Positions 1 through 7,598 of a stretch of DNA of 64,000 nt are shown piece after piece. Both the position numbers and the translations under genes were made by a program. Source of the DNA: Candidatus Micrarchaeia archaeon. Its GTDB lineage: Archaea > Micrarchaeota > Micrarchaeia > Anstonellales > Bilamarchaeaceae. The stretch is from positions 192,047 through 256,046 of the forward strand of contig JAXLQI010000001.1 in NCBI GenBank assembly GCA_046331685.1, given 5' to 3'. Positions within the stretch are counted from its first letter, which is position 1, and every line of letters begins with the position of its first letter. The notes below the pieces were generated by a model, which saw only the letters and a list, made by a program, of their open reading frames with translations, was not told the DNA's origin and did no database searches.

Positions 1-1
1 C

Positions 2-361
2 CAGAGCGGAGTTTCGGCCCCTATCCGTTCAGGCCATAAGAAGGATGTGATATACCACCAGGACCTGCCGAACCATCCGAACGACCCGCGCGTCGCTATC
101 TACCACCGCGGCATCCAGCCCTCGAGCACGATCCACCATGATCTTTATATGGACTACAGCCACGGCATAAGGTTCATCAGCCCGGACATCCAGGTCACGA
201 CGATCGAAACGAACGGGAGCCGGGTCACGCGCCCGATGACCCTATCATCGATCCTCCAGGACAAGACGCTCTATCAGCTCTTCAGCGCTTCACAGATGAA
301 CATCGACCAGATGTATCGGAGAGACCCTAACGCCGCACCTCAGAAGGCTGTCGCTCGTTAG
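2..361 (+). CDS. Hypothetical protein, C-terminal fragment of a gene that begins left of the window; tandem paralog of 394..1359
   Basis: The frame is open from base 2. SGHKKDVIYH..VAIYHRGIQ..DYSHGIRFI..LYQLFS aligns colinearly with the C-terminal third of the next ORF. Confidence 0.6.
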   Translation, partial: QSGVSAPIRSGHKKDVIYHQDLPNHPNDPRVAIYHRGIQPSSTIHHDLYMDYSHGIRFISPDIQVTTIETNGSRVTRPMTLSSILQDKTLYQLFSASQMNIDQMYRRDPNAAPQKAVAR

Positions 362-393
362 CAATTTAAAGCCATCCCGGCCTAGTCCTATGC

Positions 394-1359
394 ATGGCAC
401 AGCCAGCTCAGCAGCAGAAGACAGAGGAGCCTGTCACAGGGACCGCTTTCCTTCAAAGCATCCGGGGGTTGTCCCCTGCCCAGATCGAGACGAGGGTATA
501 CCAGCAGGTGGTCGCCGGCAACATCCCTGATTTCATGCGCAGGAATTTCTTCAGGCCCATTACAGTGGAGATGCAGACCGGAGGGCGGAGGATACAGGCG
601 ACTTTCCGTGTCGCTTCCGATTATATCGCCATCGGCACGAACGGAGACTATGTCCGGGTCCCGCTCAACCCCCTCACTGCGCAACGGATCGCGGCCCACC
701 TCGGATGCGTGCTCCCGACGGCAAGGATCGTGGACCTCATAGATGCCGAATCCAAAAGGACCGGCAGCTACCTCCCGTTCCACGCCGCCCCTTCGATAGC
801 AAGGAGGGTGACGGACCCGGATTCAGGAAAACCAGTCTCGGCCCGCTGGAACACTCAGAAATACGGCTATTACGAAGGCACATGGATGAGGACGATAGAC
901 TTCTTCGCCGAACAGAGCGTGATGGTGGACGAGAGTAGGTCCAAGCTCGCTGACCCGAACGGTGTGCTCTCCGGGCATAAAAAGGATGTTGTCTATCACC
1001 CCGAGGCCGAGGCCAGGCACAACGTGGCTATATACCACGATGGGATCCAGGGCCTCAACTATGTGACACATGAGAACACCTACCAGGATTACAGCCATGG
1101 AGTGCGCCTGATCGACTCCAATGTTTCGGTGACCATAACTGAACCGGACGGGAGCCAGAGGACCGAGACGATAAGCATGGCAACCATCCTCAGCGGGAGC
1201 GGAAATGCGCCGTACAACAAGATGTACCAGCTTTTCAGCCCGATAACGATGGACATCAGCCGGATCTATCAGCCGGCCCCCCAGGCAAGGGCTGCGCCGA
1301 GGCCCGCCCGCCAGGCGGTGCCAAGAAAAAAGACGATCGATCTCGGGGAACTCAATTGA
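394..1359 (+). CDS. Hypothetical protein (321 aa), family not recognised; paralog of the upstream partial ORF
   Basis: Long ORF with ordinary amino-acid composition. The overlapping ORFs in other frames are Arg/Pro/His-rich shadows. No signal peptide or TM segment seen. Confidence 0.7.
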   Translation: MAQPAQQQKTEEPVTGTAFLQSIRGLSPAQIETRVYQQVVAGNIPDFMRRNFFRPITVEMQTGGRRIQATFRVASDYIAIGTNGDYVRVPLNPLTAQRIAAHLGCVLPTARIVDLIDAESKRTGSYLPFHAAPSIARRVTDPDSGKPVSARWNTQKYGYYEGTWMRTIDFFAEQSVMVDESRSKLADPNGVLSGHKKDVVYHPEAEARHNVAIYHDGIQGLNYVTHENTYQDYSHGVRLIDSNVSVTITEPDGSQRTETISMATILSGSGNAPYNKMYQLFSPITMDISRIYQPAPQARAAPRPARQAVPRKKTIDLGELN

Positions 1360-1406
1360 GTTGTCTAAGATGGTCATAAACGATTAAATAACCTATCCAA
1401 CACTAT

Positions 1407-2258
1407 ATGGTAATGTTGAAATATCCTCATGCCAGGAGGACAGCTGCCATATGCGCTTTGGCCGTATTCTCCTGCTCCAAGCCCGAGCCAGACAATAATA
1501 CCTCGCTCGTCCTTCCATCCAGCAGGTCCGCAGCCCCTACAGTGATGGCGGCTCCACCGGCCCCTGAAGGCTATGCAACGGTTGCGCTCCAGTCGCCCCG
1601 GATCGTGGTCCTCGGCGACTCGATCATGCATTACAGCGATGAGCTGGTTTCGAGGCGGGTCCAGGAAGTCATTTCGTCCGATGCCGGCGCCGTCAGCGTC
1701 AAAGGCGTGACCAAAGGTGGCCAGCTGATAAACGGCTGGATCGGATCGCAATTCGACAGATATGTGACCGACCCGGACAATAATATCATCGTCCTCCAGG
1801 GGGGAGTGAACGACATCGGATGGTACGGCAAGACCGGCCACACCGCTACCCGGGACGAGGCATTCGACAAGCTCATCAAGAGATTCGGCGACATGGTCCA
1901 GAAAGCGATCGACAACCGGAAAGTCATCGTCCTCGTCACAGTCACACCCTGGAAAGGGCAGCCGCACTGGAACGCGGTCGGCCAGGAGAACAGCGAGAAG
2001 CTCAATTCCTGGATGAAAGAGCAAGCGCGACGCCCCGGCGTTTACCTTGCAGACACCTATTCGGCCCTAGTGACCAAGGACCCGGGATGCGAAAGCGAAA
2101 AAGATACCCTCGCCCGGGGATACCGAGGTGTGGATGTCCAGCACACCAATGATGCCGGGCGCAAGGTCATCGGCGAGGTCATAGCGCAATCCCTGGGTTT
2201 CCCCGTCCCTTCATTCACCGCTCCCGAGAAAACGAAAGCGAATGACCCCTGCAAGTGA
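1407..2258 (+). CDS. SGNH/GDSL-family hydrolase, predicted secreted lipoprotein
   Basis: Blocks VVLGDSIMHY (GDS), GGVNDIG (GxND) and DVQHTNDAG (DxxH). N-terminal hydrophobic segment ends in the lipobox-like AVFSC. Confidence 0.75.
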   Translation: MVMLKYPHARRTAAICALAVFSCSKPEPDNNTSLVLPSSRSAAPTVMAAPPAPEGYATVALQSPRIVVLGDSIMHYSDELVSRRVQEVISSDAGAVSVKGVTKGGQLINGWIGSQFDRYVTDPDNNIIVLQGGVNDIGWYGKTGHTATRDEAFDKLIKRFGDMVQKAIDNRKVIVLVTVTPWKGQPHWNAVGQENSEKLNSWMKEQARRPGVYLADTYSALVTKDPGCESEKDTLARGYRGVDVQHTNDAGRKVIGEVIAQSLGFPVPSFTAPEKTKANDPCK

Positions 2259-2263
2259 TCCTT

Positions 2264-2605
2264 ATGCCGATACACAAGAAACCCGGCGACCTGTTGGTCC
2301 TGCGCCACCCGGCCCTGGACAGATTCAAGGCCACCCCTGAAGAGATCCTTCTCGCGGTGATAATGAACCACGTCCTCCGCAAAATCGAGAAGGATTTGCA
2401 CTTCAACAGCCTTGACAAGGAGGTTTTGTTCGACACTGCCGAACTCATCGCTAGTCGGGTCCTGGAAAGGAAAGGGGAACCCCATCCGAAATCCCTGGAT
2501 ACCGTAGCCGATGAGGAGATCGATAAGCTGAAGAGGAAGGAAGCCGGGGATTTCGCGAAAGCATGGCAGGGCCTTTTTCCAGCCCCGCCGAAAAAAGGCG
2601 AGTGA
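2264..2605 (+). CDS. Small hypothetical protein, family A (113 aa)
   Basis: ATG at 2264; the ORF track starts at GTG 2255, overlapping the upstream stop. Clear paralogy to the disrupted copy at 2836..3157. Confidence 0.5.
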   Translation: MPIHKKPGDLLVLRHPALDRFKATPEEILLAVIMNHVLRKIEKDLHFNSLDKEVLFDTAELIASRVLERKGEPHPKSLDTVADEEIDKLKRKEAGDFAKAWQGLFPAPPKKGE

Positions 2606-2606
2606 G

Positions 2607-2825
2607 ATGGCCAACCCAGCATTTCCAAGAATCGACCGGGAGCTCCGCGCCTTCCTGGAACACCTGGTCTCCAGGGACAAGCGCCTTCCCGACGGGGAAT
2701 CTAAGAGGCAGGTGGTCCTCGCCACCCTGCGTAGATTCAAGGATGCCGGCCAGACCGGAGCGACCTTGGCCGATATCGTCGGCGAAGAAGCTGAGAAGAT
2801 GGCAAAACGGCTTGCTGGCCGATAA
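2607..2825 (+). CDS. Small hypothetical protein (72 aa)
   Basis: Starts 1 nt after the stop of 2264..2605, giving operon-like packing. No family recognised. Confidence 0.4.
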   Translation: MANPAFPRIDRELRAFLEHLVSRDKRLPDGESKRQVVLATLRRFKDAGQTGATLADIVGEEAEKMAKRLAGR

Positions 2826-2835
2826 AGGTATCCTC

Positions 2836-3157
2836 ATGCCAACATTCAGAAACGTCACACTCATCGGCCCGCCAGAGCTGGCCAGGTTCAAGGACCGCGA
2901 GGTCGAGGAAATCCGCATGGCGGATCTCATCGCGCACGTCATGCGCAAGCACCGATCCGAATTTTGAAGGTTTTGGCCGCCGCACCCTTTTCGAGGCTGC
3001 GAATTTGATAGCAAAGGCAATATACTCGCGCAAGATGCCGGCAAAGTCATTGGATCAGGTCTCGAGCGAGGAGATAGACCGGCTCAAGGCGAAAGAAAGA
3101 GCAGATTTCGCCATAATCTCTGAAAACCTCTTCGGCAGAAAGAAAGAGGATAGTTAG
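2836..3157 (+). pseudogene. Frameshifted paralog of family A (2264..2605)
   Basis: The N-terminal 43 codons (MPTFRNVTLIGPPELARFKDREVEEI..RKH) end at a stop at 2965-2967. The +1 frame continues NFEGFGRRTLFEAANLIA..KSLDQVSSEEIDRLKAKERADF to a stop at 3155-3157. Both parts align to 2264..2605, and the switch lies near 2950-2960. Confidence 0.6.
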
Positions 3158-3187
3158 ATTGTTATAGAAAGAGGAAACAAAGGTAGC

Positions 3188-3197
3188 TTTAAATATA
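3188..3197 (+). promoter_or_regulatory. Candidate archaeal TATA box (tttaaatata) upstream of 3270..3527
   Basis: AT-rich TATA-like octamer in the intergenic region, but about 75 nt from the ATG, so the assignment is uncertain. Confidence 0.3.
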
Positions 3198-3269
3198 TGG
3201 ACCGCGCAATCAATTAGATATTGATATGAAAGAAAGAAACTTGCCCCCAGATGGGGTTGAGTGATTCCT

Positions 3270-3527
3270 ATGCAAAAAAAATTATCCGGATTGGAACGAA
3301 AGAGAGACGACGGACCGAGGATCCGCCTCACGGAGATGGACCCACAATCAGGCATACCGAATATCCTGTTCGTCGGAACTGGAGTTAACCTGAAGACCGG
3401 CAAGAAGATCTCCTTCAAAGTGCCTGATACGATCTCGAAAAAAGGCCTCGAGGCGCTCGCCACCAATGTCAGGATGGATAACCTCTATCACACCTATCTG
3501 GTGAACGAGCTCCAGGAACTTGACTGA
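3270..3527 (+). CDS. Small hypothetical protein, family C (85 aa)
   Basis: The start MQKKLSG mirrors MQKTLFSG of 4671..5141. Shared block: GKKISFKVPDTISKKGLEALATNV versus DKMIKFKVPESISEKGLETFWKNV. Confidence 0.5.
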   Translation: MQKKLSGLERKRDDGPRIRLTEMDPQSGIPNILFVGTGVNLKTGKKISFKVPDTISKKGLEALATNVRMDNLYHTYLVNELQELD

Positions 3528-3539
3528 TTCTTTTAATCT

Positions 3540-3574
3540 ATTTGAATTTCTAATAGTATCCTAGTTAGTGGATA
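3540..3574 (+). repeat. Conserved intergenic motif, copy 1 (atttgaatttctaatagtatcctagttagtggata)
   Basis: Shares the identical 14-mer gaatttctaatagt (3544-3557) and about 28 of 35 positions with 4497..4532. Confidence 0.7.
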
Positions 3575-3622
3575 TGCTTGTTGTTGAAAAGGTTTAAATA
3601 AGATAAATGGGTATGACTAGTT

Positions 3623-3901
3623 ATGGTCCTCAAAAAAATATCACCTGATGAAGCCAGAAAACCGGTTCCTCCACGTACAGTGCAGCCGCTGACCGATGTG
3701 GTCAGTGTCCCTTTCGAAATGCCATTGCGGACTGAAGACCTGAAACACCTGCTCCCCAGCGATCTCCTTTCGGTGTCAAAGCCCTGGTACGTATCGATCC
3801 CGCCAGGAAAGCAGGGCCTGGCCATGTTCGCCTTGTCAAAGAAAGCGTTCACGGTCAAAGAGACCGACGACCGTTTCGTCATCCATCCGAAAATAGATTA
3901 G
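3623..3901 (+). CDS. Small hypothetical protein (92 aa)
   Basis: ORF preceded by ggtttaaataag (TATA-like, 3591-3602). No family recognised. Confidence 0.45.
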   Translation: MVLKKISPDEARKPVPPRTVQPLTDVVSVPFEMPLRTEDLKHLLPSDLLSVSKPWYVSIPPGKQGLAMFALSKKAFTVKETDDRFVIHPKID

Positions 3902-3910
3902 AGACAAGAT

Positions 3911-4219
3911 ATGAATCCATATAAAAACTTCAAAGGCCGTGCATTTTTTCACGCCGTAATCAATCCGCACTGGCCTGATCCATTGGTATGCATGCGCTAC
4001 GGTCCAGCCTCGTTTCCCAAGGAGCTCCTTCGGCTTCATCTAGAGCAACTGAAGAAAGGCAAAAGCCCGATCGCCGAGAGCGTCCTTCTGCAGAACCTCG
4101 ATAAAGCGAAAATGATGATCGGCGACAAGGAAGTCCTTGACATATTGTATGCCCTTTCTGATGTGAGCCCCCACCAAAGCGTGAGAGACAAGGCAAGGGA
4201 AATCCTGTCCGGATTATAA
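3911..4219 (+). CDS. Small hypothetical protein (102 aa), helical-looking
   Basis: Starts 9 nt after the previous stop. No family recognised. Confidence 0.45.
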   Translation: MNPYKNFKGRAFFHAVINPHWPDPLVCMRYGPASFPKELLRLHLEQLKKGKSPIAESVLLQNLDKAKMMIGDKEVLDILYALSDVSPHQSVRDKAREILSGL

Positions 4220-4289
4220 TATTCAAATTGCCGCGTTGGTAACGCAACATTCTTATATCTGAAAAGGGCAATCAAAACCGGGGAAACAT

Positions 4290-4475
4290 ATGGTCTTGTA
4301 CGAACTGCTCACCAAGGTCCAGGAGATTTCCGGCGAGTGGAAGATCGTCAGGTTCTGGACCGGCAAATACGGGATCGTCAATCCGCAAGGGGATGTAGTT
4401 GATCCTCTTGATGCTCCGATAGGGGCACGCATACTTCTGGTCAAGTATCAGAGGGGATACTCGAAAAAGAAATGA
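4290..4475 (+). CDS. Small hypothetical protein (61 aa)
   Basis: Same-strand ORF in the array. No family recognised. Confidence 0.35.
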   Translation: MVLYELLTKVQEISGEWKIVRFWTGKYGIVNPQGDVVDPLDAPIGARILLVKYQRGYSKKK

Positions 4476-4496
4476 AATTTTAGAACTATTGGAGAT

Positions 4497-4532
4497 ATTT
4501 AGAATTTCTAATAGTCTTTTAGTTTATGGATT
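4497..4532 (+). repeat. Conserved intergenic motif, copy 2 (atttagaatttctaatagtcttttagtttatggatt)
   Basis: Identical 14-mer gaatttctaatagt at 4502-4515. Direct-repeat partner of 3540..3574. Confidence 0.7.
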
Positions 4533-4630
4533 AAATTCATTTTTCAGGGCAGTTTTGGTTTGGGACGCATACCTAGAGGCTCCCAGTTTATTGTTTATAT
4601 TGTGTTGATAAATGGATTTTCATAGAAAAC

Positions 4631-4638
4631 TTTATATA
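4631..4638 (+). promoter_or_regulatory. Candidate TATA box (tttatata) for 4671..5141
   Basis: Lies 33-40 nt upstream of the ATG. A ggtgatgg SD-like element sits at 4660-4667. Confidence 0.4.
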
Positions 4639-4670
4639 TGTGTTATGAGTAATAAGTCTGGTGATGGTTA

Positions 4671-5141
4671 ATGCAAAAAACTCTTTTCAGTGGTGAAGGT
4701 CTCAACAGAAAAAACGACAAGATGATAAAGTTTAAAGTTCCTGAATCAATCTCAGAAAAAGGTCTTGAAACCTTTTGGAAAAATGTCGACGTGCATTTTA
4801 AAGATGGTCAATGGTACCCACCATTAAAACCGGATCCGCTTTCTCCCAGATTTGATCCAGACTCCTGCGGCTATTGCGGGGATGGGGTGATTTCCGAAAT
4901 TGGTCGGACGGATCTTTCCAAAGGCGATACAAGTTCAACCGATAAATTCAAGGAACGGGATTCTGGCGATGTCGGTTCGATTTCATATCTCCCGCCGGTA
5001 TGGCTCATAAAATCCCGGGTTGAATCTTTAATTAGAGTTCAGCGAGTACAAAATAGGCTGGATAAAATCCGTAAAGAAGGGGAATCCTCTAAGGAAACCG
5101 GCTTAAGCGATGAACATAAAGACGAGGGCCATAAAAAATAG
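4671..5141 (+). CDS. Hypothetical protein, family C paralog with a C-terminal extension (156 aa)
   Basis: The N-terminal 45 aa align to 3270..3527. The remainder is unrecognised (CGYCGDG motif, charged tail). Confidence 0.5.
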   Translation: MQKTLFSGEGLNRKNDKMIKFKVPESISEKGLETFWKNVDVHFKDGQWYPPLKPDPLSPRFDPDSCGYCGDGVISEIGRTDLSKGDTSSTDKFKERDSGDVGSISYLPPVWLIKSRVESLIRVQRVQNRLDKIRKEGESSKETGLSDEHKDEGHKK

Positions 5142-5373
5142 TTTACTATCATAATAGTGAACCTATTTTCTTTTTCTAAACCATATAAGTAAACCTTCTT
5201 TTAGAGCGCAAACACCTTTTTTTCTCCATGGTTCACTATATCAATATTGATTGGAAGATCCTGACCGCGCAATACGGCTTCCAGCTATAAAAGTGGGCAA
5301 AAGAATGGAAAATACACCTTTTGCTACTATTTTGGTTTACTATTTTGAGGTATATTTGAAGTTGGTTTACTGC
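5140..5373. repeat. Cluster of six iteron-like GGTTYACTAT 10-mers in both orientations
   Basis: Copies at 5140-5149 (+), 5153-5162 (-), 5185-5195 (-), 5230-5239 (+), 5334-5343 (+) and 5364-5373 (+). The first two form an inverted pair right at the stop codon of 4671..5141. Confidence 0.6.
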
Positions 5374-6224
5374 TAAAATGGTTTTGCTCCATAACGGCAA
5401 CTACGATTTGATGGATTTCTATAATTATCTCAAGGCAAAACTTGTCTAGGAGTGGTCCGTTATAATGTGAGAATATTCTTTCCCCATTTTCATCTCCTAA
5501 GTCTTTTCTTAAAGAATCGAGACGGTTCTGTTCTTCAGCAGACAAATCATTTCGCTCTAAACGTTTGGCTAATGTTTCTTGGTATAATTTACCATGTCTT
5601 CCATGTGTCGCCAAAGATAATTTATCATAAAGTCTTCTAGCTTGGTCGCGGGTTTTATTTTCCCATGGAACTTCGTTAAATCTAGGTCCAATTGGATCGA
5701 GCTTTACGTCCTCTCTAATGTGCTGTTGAAATCTTATTAGTAGCTCCAGAATTGTCCTGGATGCGGATAAAACTTGAAAATGAAAAAATGGAATTAGTTC
5801 TGGTGATAATTAGGTCTTCTTCCATTAGCTTACAAAGAAAATCTTGATTCCCAAAACCACGATTCGCGAAGCGATGTACAGTTAACGTAAAATCCAGCCG
5901 TTTTACTGTCTTTTCAATCTCTTTTATCTTTTCGAATATCTTTTTAACCTTACTATTTAATCCCCATACCCTTATAGGAACTCCCGGGCGTCATCCCGTG
6001 CTTTTGACGGCGATGCTTCCTCCGCAATTCACAGACAATCTTGGACGGCACGTTATGATTGAAGTGACAAACGCACCTAGTGCTGCTCGCAAAATACGAC
6101 CGTGATAATGGTCAGAATTTTGATCAGCACCTTTGGTTTTTTACGCGAGGAAGCGGAAAAGGTCGATATCGTTTTGATTTTTCCGTTTGCTTCGAACAAT
6201 GTCAATTCTTTGCGGAATCACGGT
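5327..6224 (-). pseudogene. Decayed coding remnants in two frames (unknown protein; a tyrosine-recombinase-like remnant is possible but unproven)
   Basis: One minus frame is open from 6224 to 5715 apart from two in-frame stops (TAA after ..FRFLA, TGA after ..AVKSTG). A second frame is open from 5808 to 5327 but has no ATG until near its end. The segment KKIFEKIKE..LTVHRFANRGFG loosely resembles the HxLRH region of integrases. Confidence 0.35.
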
Positions 6225-6225
6225 C

Positions 6226-6666
6226 TCAAAACGCTGGCGATGTTTTTCCAAGTTTAAACAAGAAAGAACGTGAAACTCCATGCAATGATGCGTAAACTCC
6301 GCTTTTTTGTGTTCCGTTCAATAAGTTCCAATCGCTTTGGTTTCTCCATTCTTTGATAATAAAATCCGACGGCGTCTCGATGAACTTTATCAATTCGGAT
6401 ATAAAATATCGATAAGCATCGATTAGAGCTATCGGAATCTCATTTTCTTCGTATACCCTTTTTCTATACTCCCAATTTTTCTTGACCGGTTCAATCTCCC
6501 TATTGCTCCCCCAAACTTCAACGTATATCCCTAATTCGGGCAAGTAAAAATCCGGAGTCCATACCCTCGGTCTACCCCCATCCTTGAGAAAAACTGGCCT
6601 CTCGTATTCACATTTGATCCCTAATCCTTTAAGGAACTCCTCGACTTTTTCTTCCGCAGCGTACAT
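6226..6666 (-). CDS. PD-(D/E)xK / Vsr-DUF559-like nuclease-fold protein (tentative)
   Basis: The pattern EEFLKGLGI..E..RVWTPDFYLPELGIYVEVWG resembles the D...E-x-(K) core of restriction-endonuclease-like folds. ATG at 6666. A different frame upstream (..LDTIKKKLAENTDLDVVIIGKDKR) hints at 5' decay. Confidence 0.4.
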   Translation of the reverse strand: MYAAEEKVEEFLKGLGIKCEYERPVFLKDGGRPRVWTPDFYLPELGIYVEVWGSNREIEPVKKNWEYRKRVYEENEIPIALIDAYRYFISELIKFIETPSDFIIKEWRNQSDWNLLNGTQKSGVYASLHGVSRSFLFKLGKTSPAF

Positions 6667-6826
6667 TTCAACACCCAAAATTCCCAATCTCTTTTGTCTT
6701 TTCCAATTATGACAACATCCAGGTCTGTGTTTTCTGCAAGCTTCTTCTTAATCGTATCCAACTCAACCGTCCACTGATGCTAAAAATAAATAAATCCGCC
6801 AGTCGAATAAGCTGCGGAGGGATATA

Positions 6827-7432
6827 ATGAGAAAACTTGTCGTTTTGGAGTTCATGACGCTCGATGGCGTCATTCAGGCGCCCGGAGGACCGAAAGAGGA
6901 TACTAGCGGAGGGTTCAAGTACGGAGGATGGAGCTTCGGCCACGGGGACGATGCCGTCGGAGAGGAGATGGGCAAGCAGATGGCCGAGCCGTTTGACCTC
7001 CTTTTGGGCAGGAAAACCTACGATATTTTCGCCGCTTACTGGCCGACTGCCAAATCGGATATAGAAATAGCGAAAAAATTCAACAAATGCACAAAATATG
7101 TCGCTTCAAAGACTCTCAAGAAACTGGACTGGAAGAACTCCGTCCTCCTGAAAGATGCCGTCAAGGAGGTAAAAAAGCTGAAAGAAGGCAACGGCCCGGA
7201 GCTCCAGGTGTATGGCAGCGGAAATTTCGTCCAGACGTTATTGAAGAACGACCTCGTGGATGAGTTGCGCCTCAAGATCTACCCCATAACTTTGGGCAAA
7301 GGGAAGAAGCTGTTCGCCGAAGGGACTATCCCCGCAGCATTCAAGCTCATTTACAGCAAAGTGACCCCGAGCGGAGTCTTAATAGCCACGTACAAAAGAG
7401 AAGGCGAAGTGAAGACCGGCTCCTTCGGCTAG
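6827..7432 (+). CDS. Dihydrofolate reductase-like protein (RibD C-terminal domain family)
   Basis: [70 protein letters not shown] is typical of RibD_C/YwjB-type proteins. Confidence 0.85.
   Translation: MRKLVVLEFMTLDGVIQAPGGPKEDTSGGFKYGGWSFGHGDDAVGEEMGKQMAEPFDLLLGRKTYDIFAAYWPTAKSDIEIAKKFNKCTKYVASKTLKKLDWKNSVLLKDAVKEVKKLKEGNGPELQVYGSGNFVQTLLKNDLVDELRLKIYPITLGKGKKLFAEGTIPAAFKLIYSKVTPSGVLIATYKREGEVKTGSFG
7196..7421 (+). repeat. Direct repeat copy 1 (3' part of the DHFR-like gene) matching 8467..8692
   Basis: Hand alignment is gap-free over 226 nt with 37 mismatches (~84% identity), mostly at third codon positions. Confidence 0.8.
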
Positions 7433-7598
7433 GCGAACTTAAATCTCGTTGTTGGGCCGCCCTAGGGTGTGAAGGACTAACCAACTGACATCACCACATA
7501 TGGCCGCACTTCCTGCAGTCTGTAGCCACAGTTTGTATGTTGCAATAAGCTCATTTAGGGCATACGTTAACCATGGATCAATCCCCCCTCGAATCCTT

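Larger units (their letters stand above)
3160..6820. mobile_element. AT-rich accessory island, possibly a degraded integrated plasmid/virus-like element (borders approximate)
   Basis: Marked GC drop relative to the flanks. Contains small unknown ORFs, iteron-like repeats, multi-frame decayed coding remnants and a nuclease-like ORF. No intact integrase seen. Confidence 0.3.
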
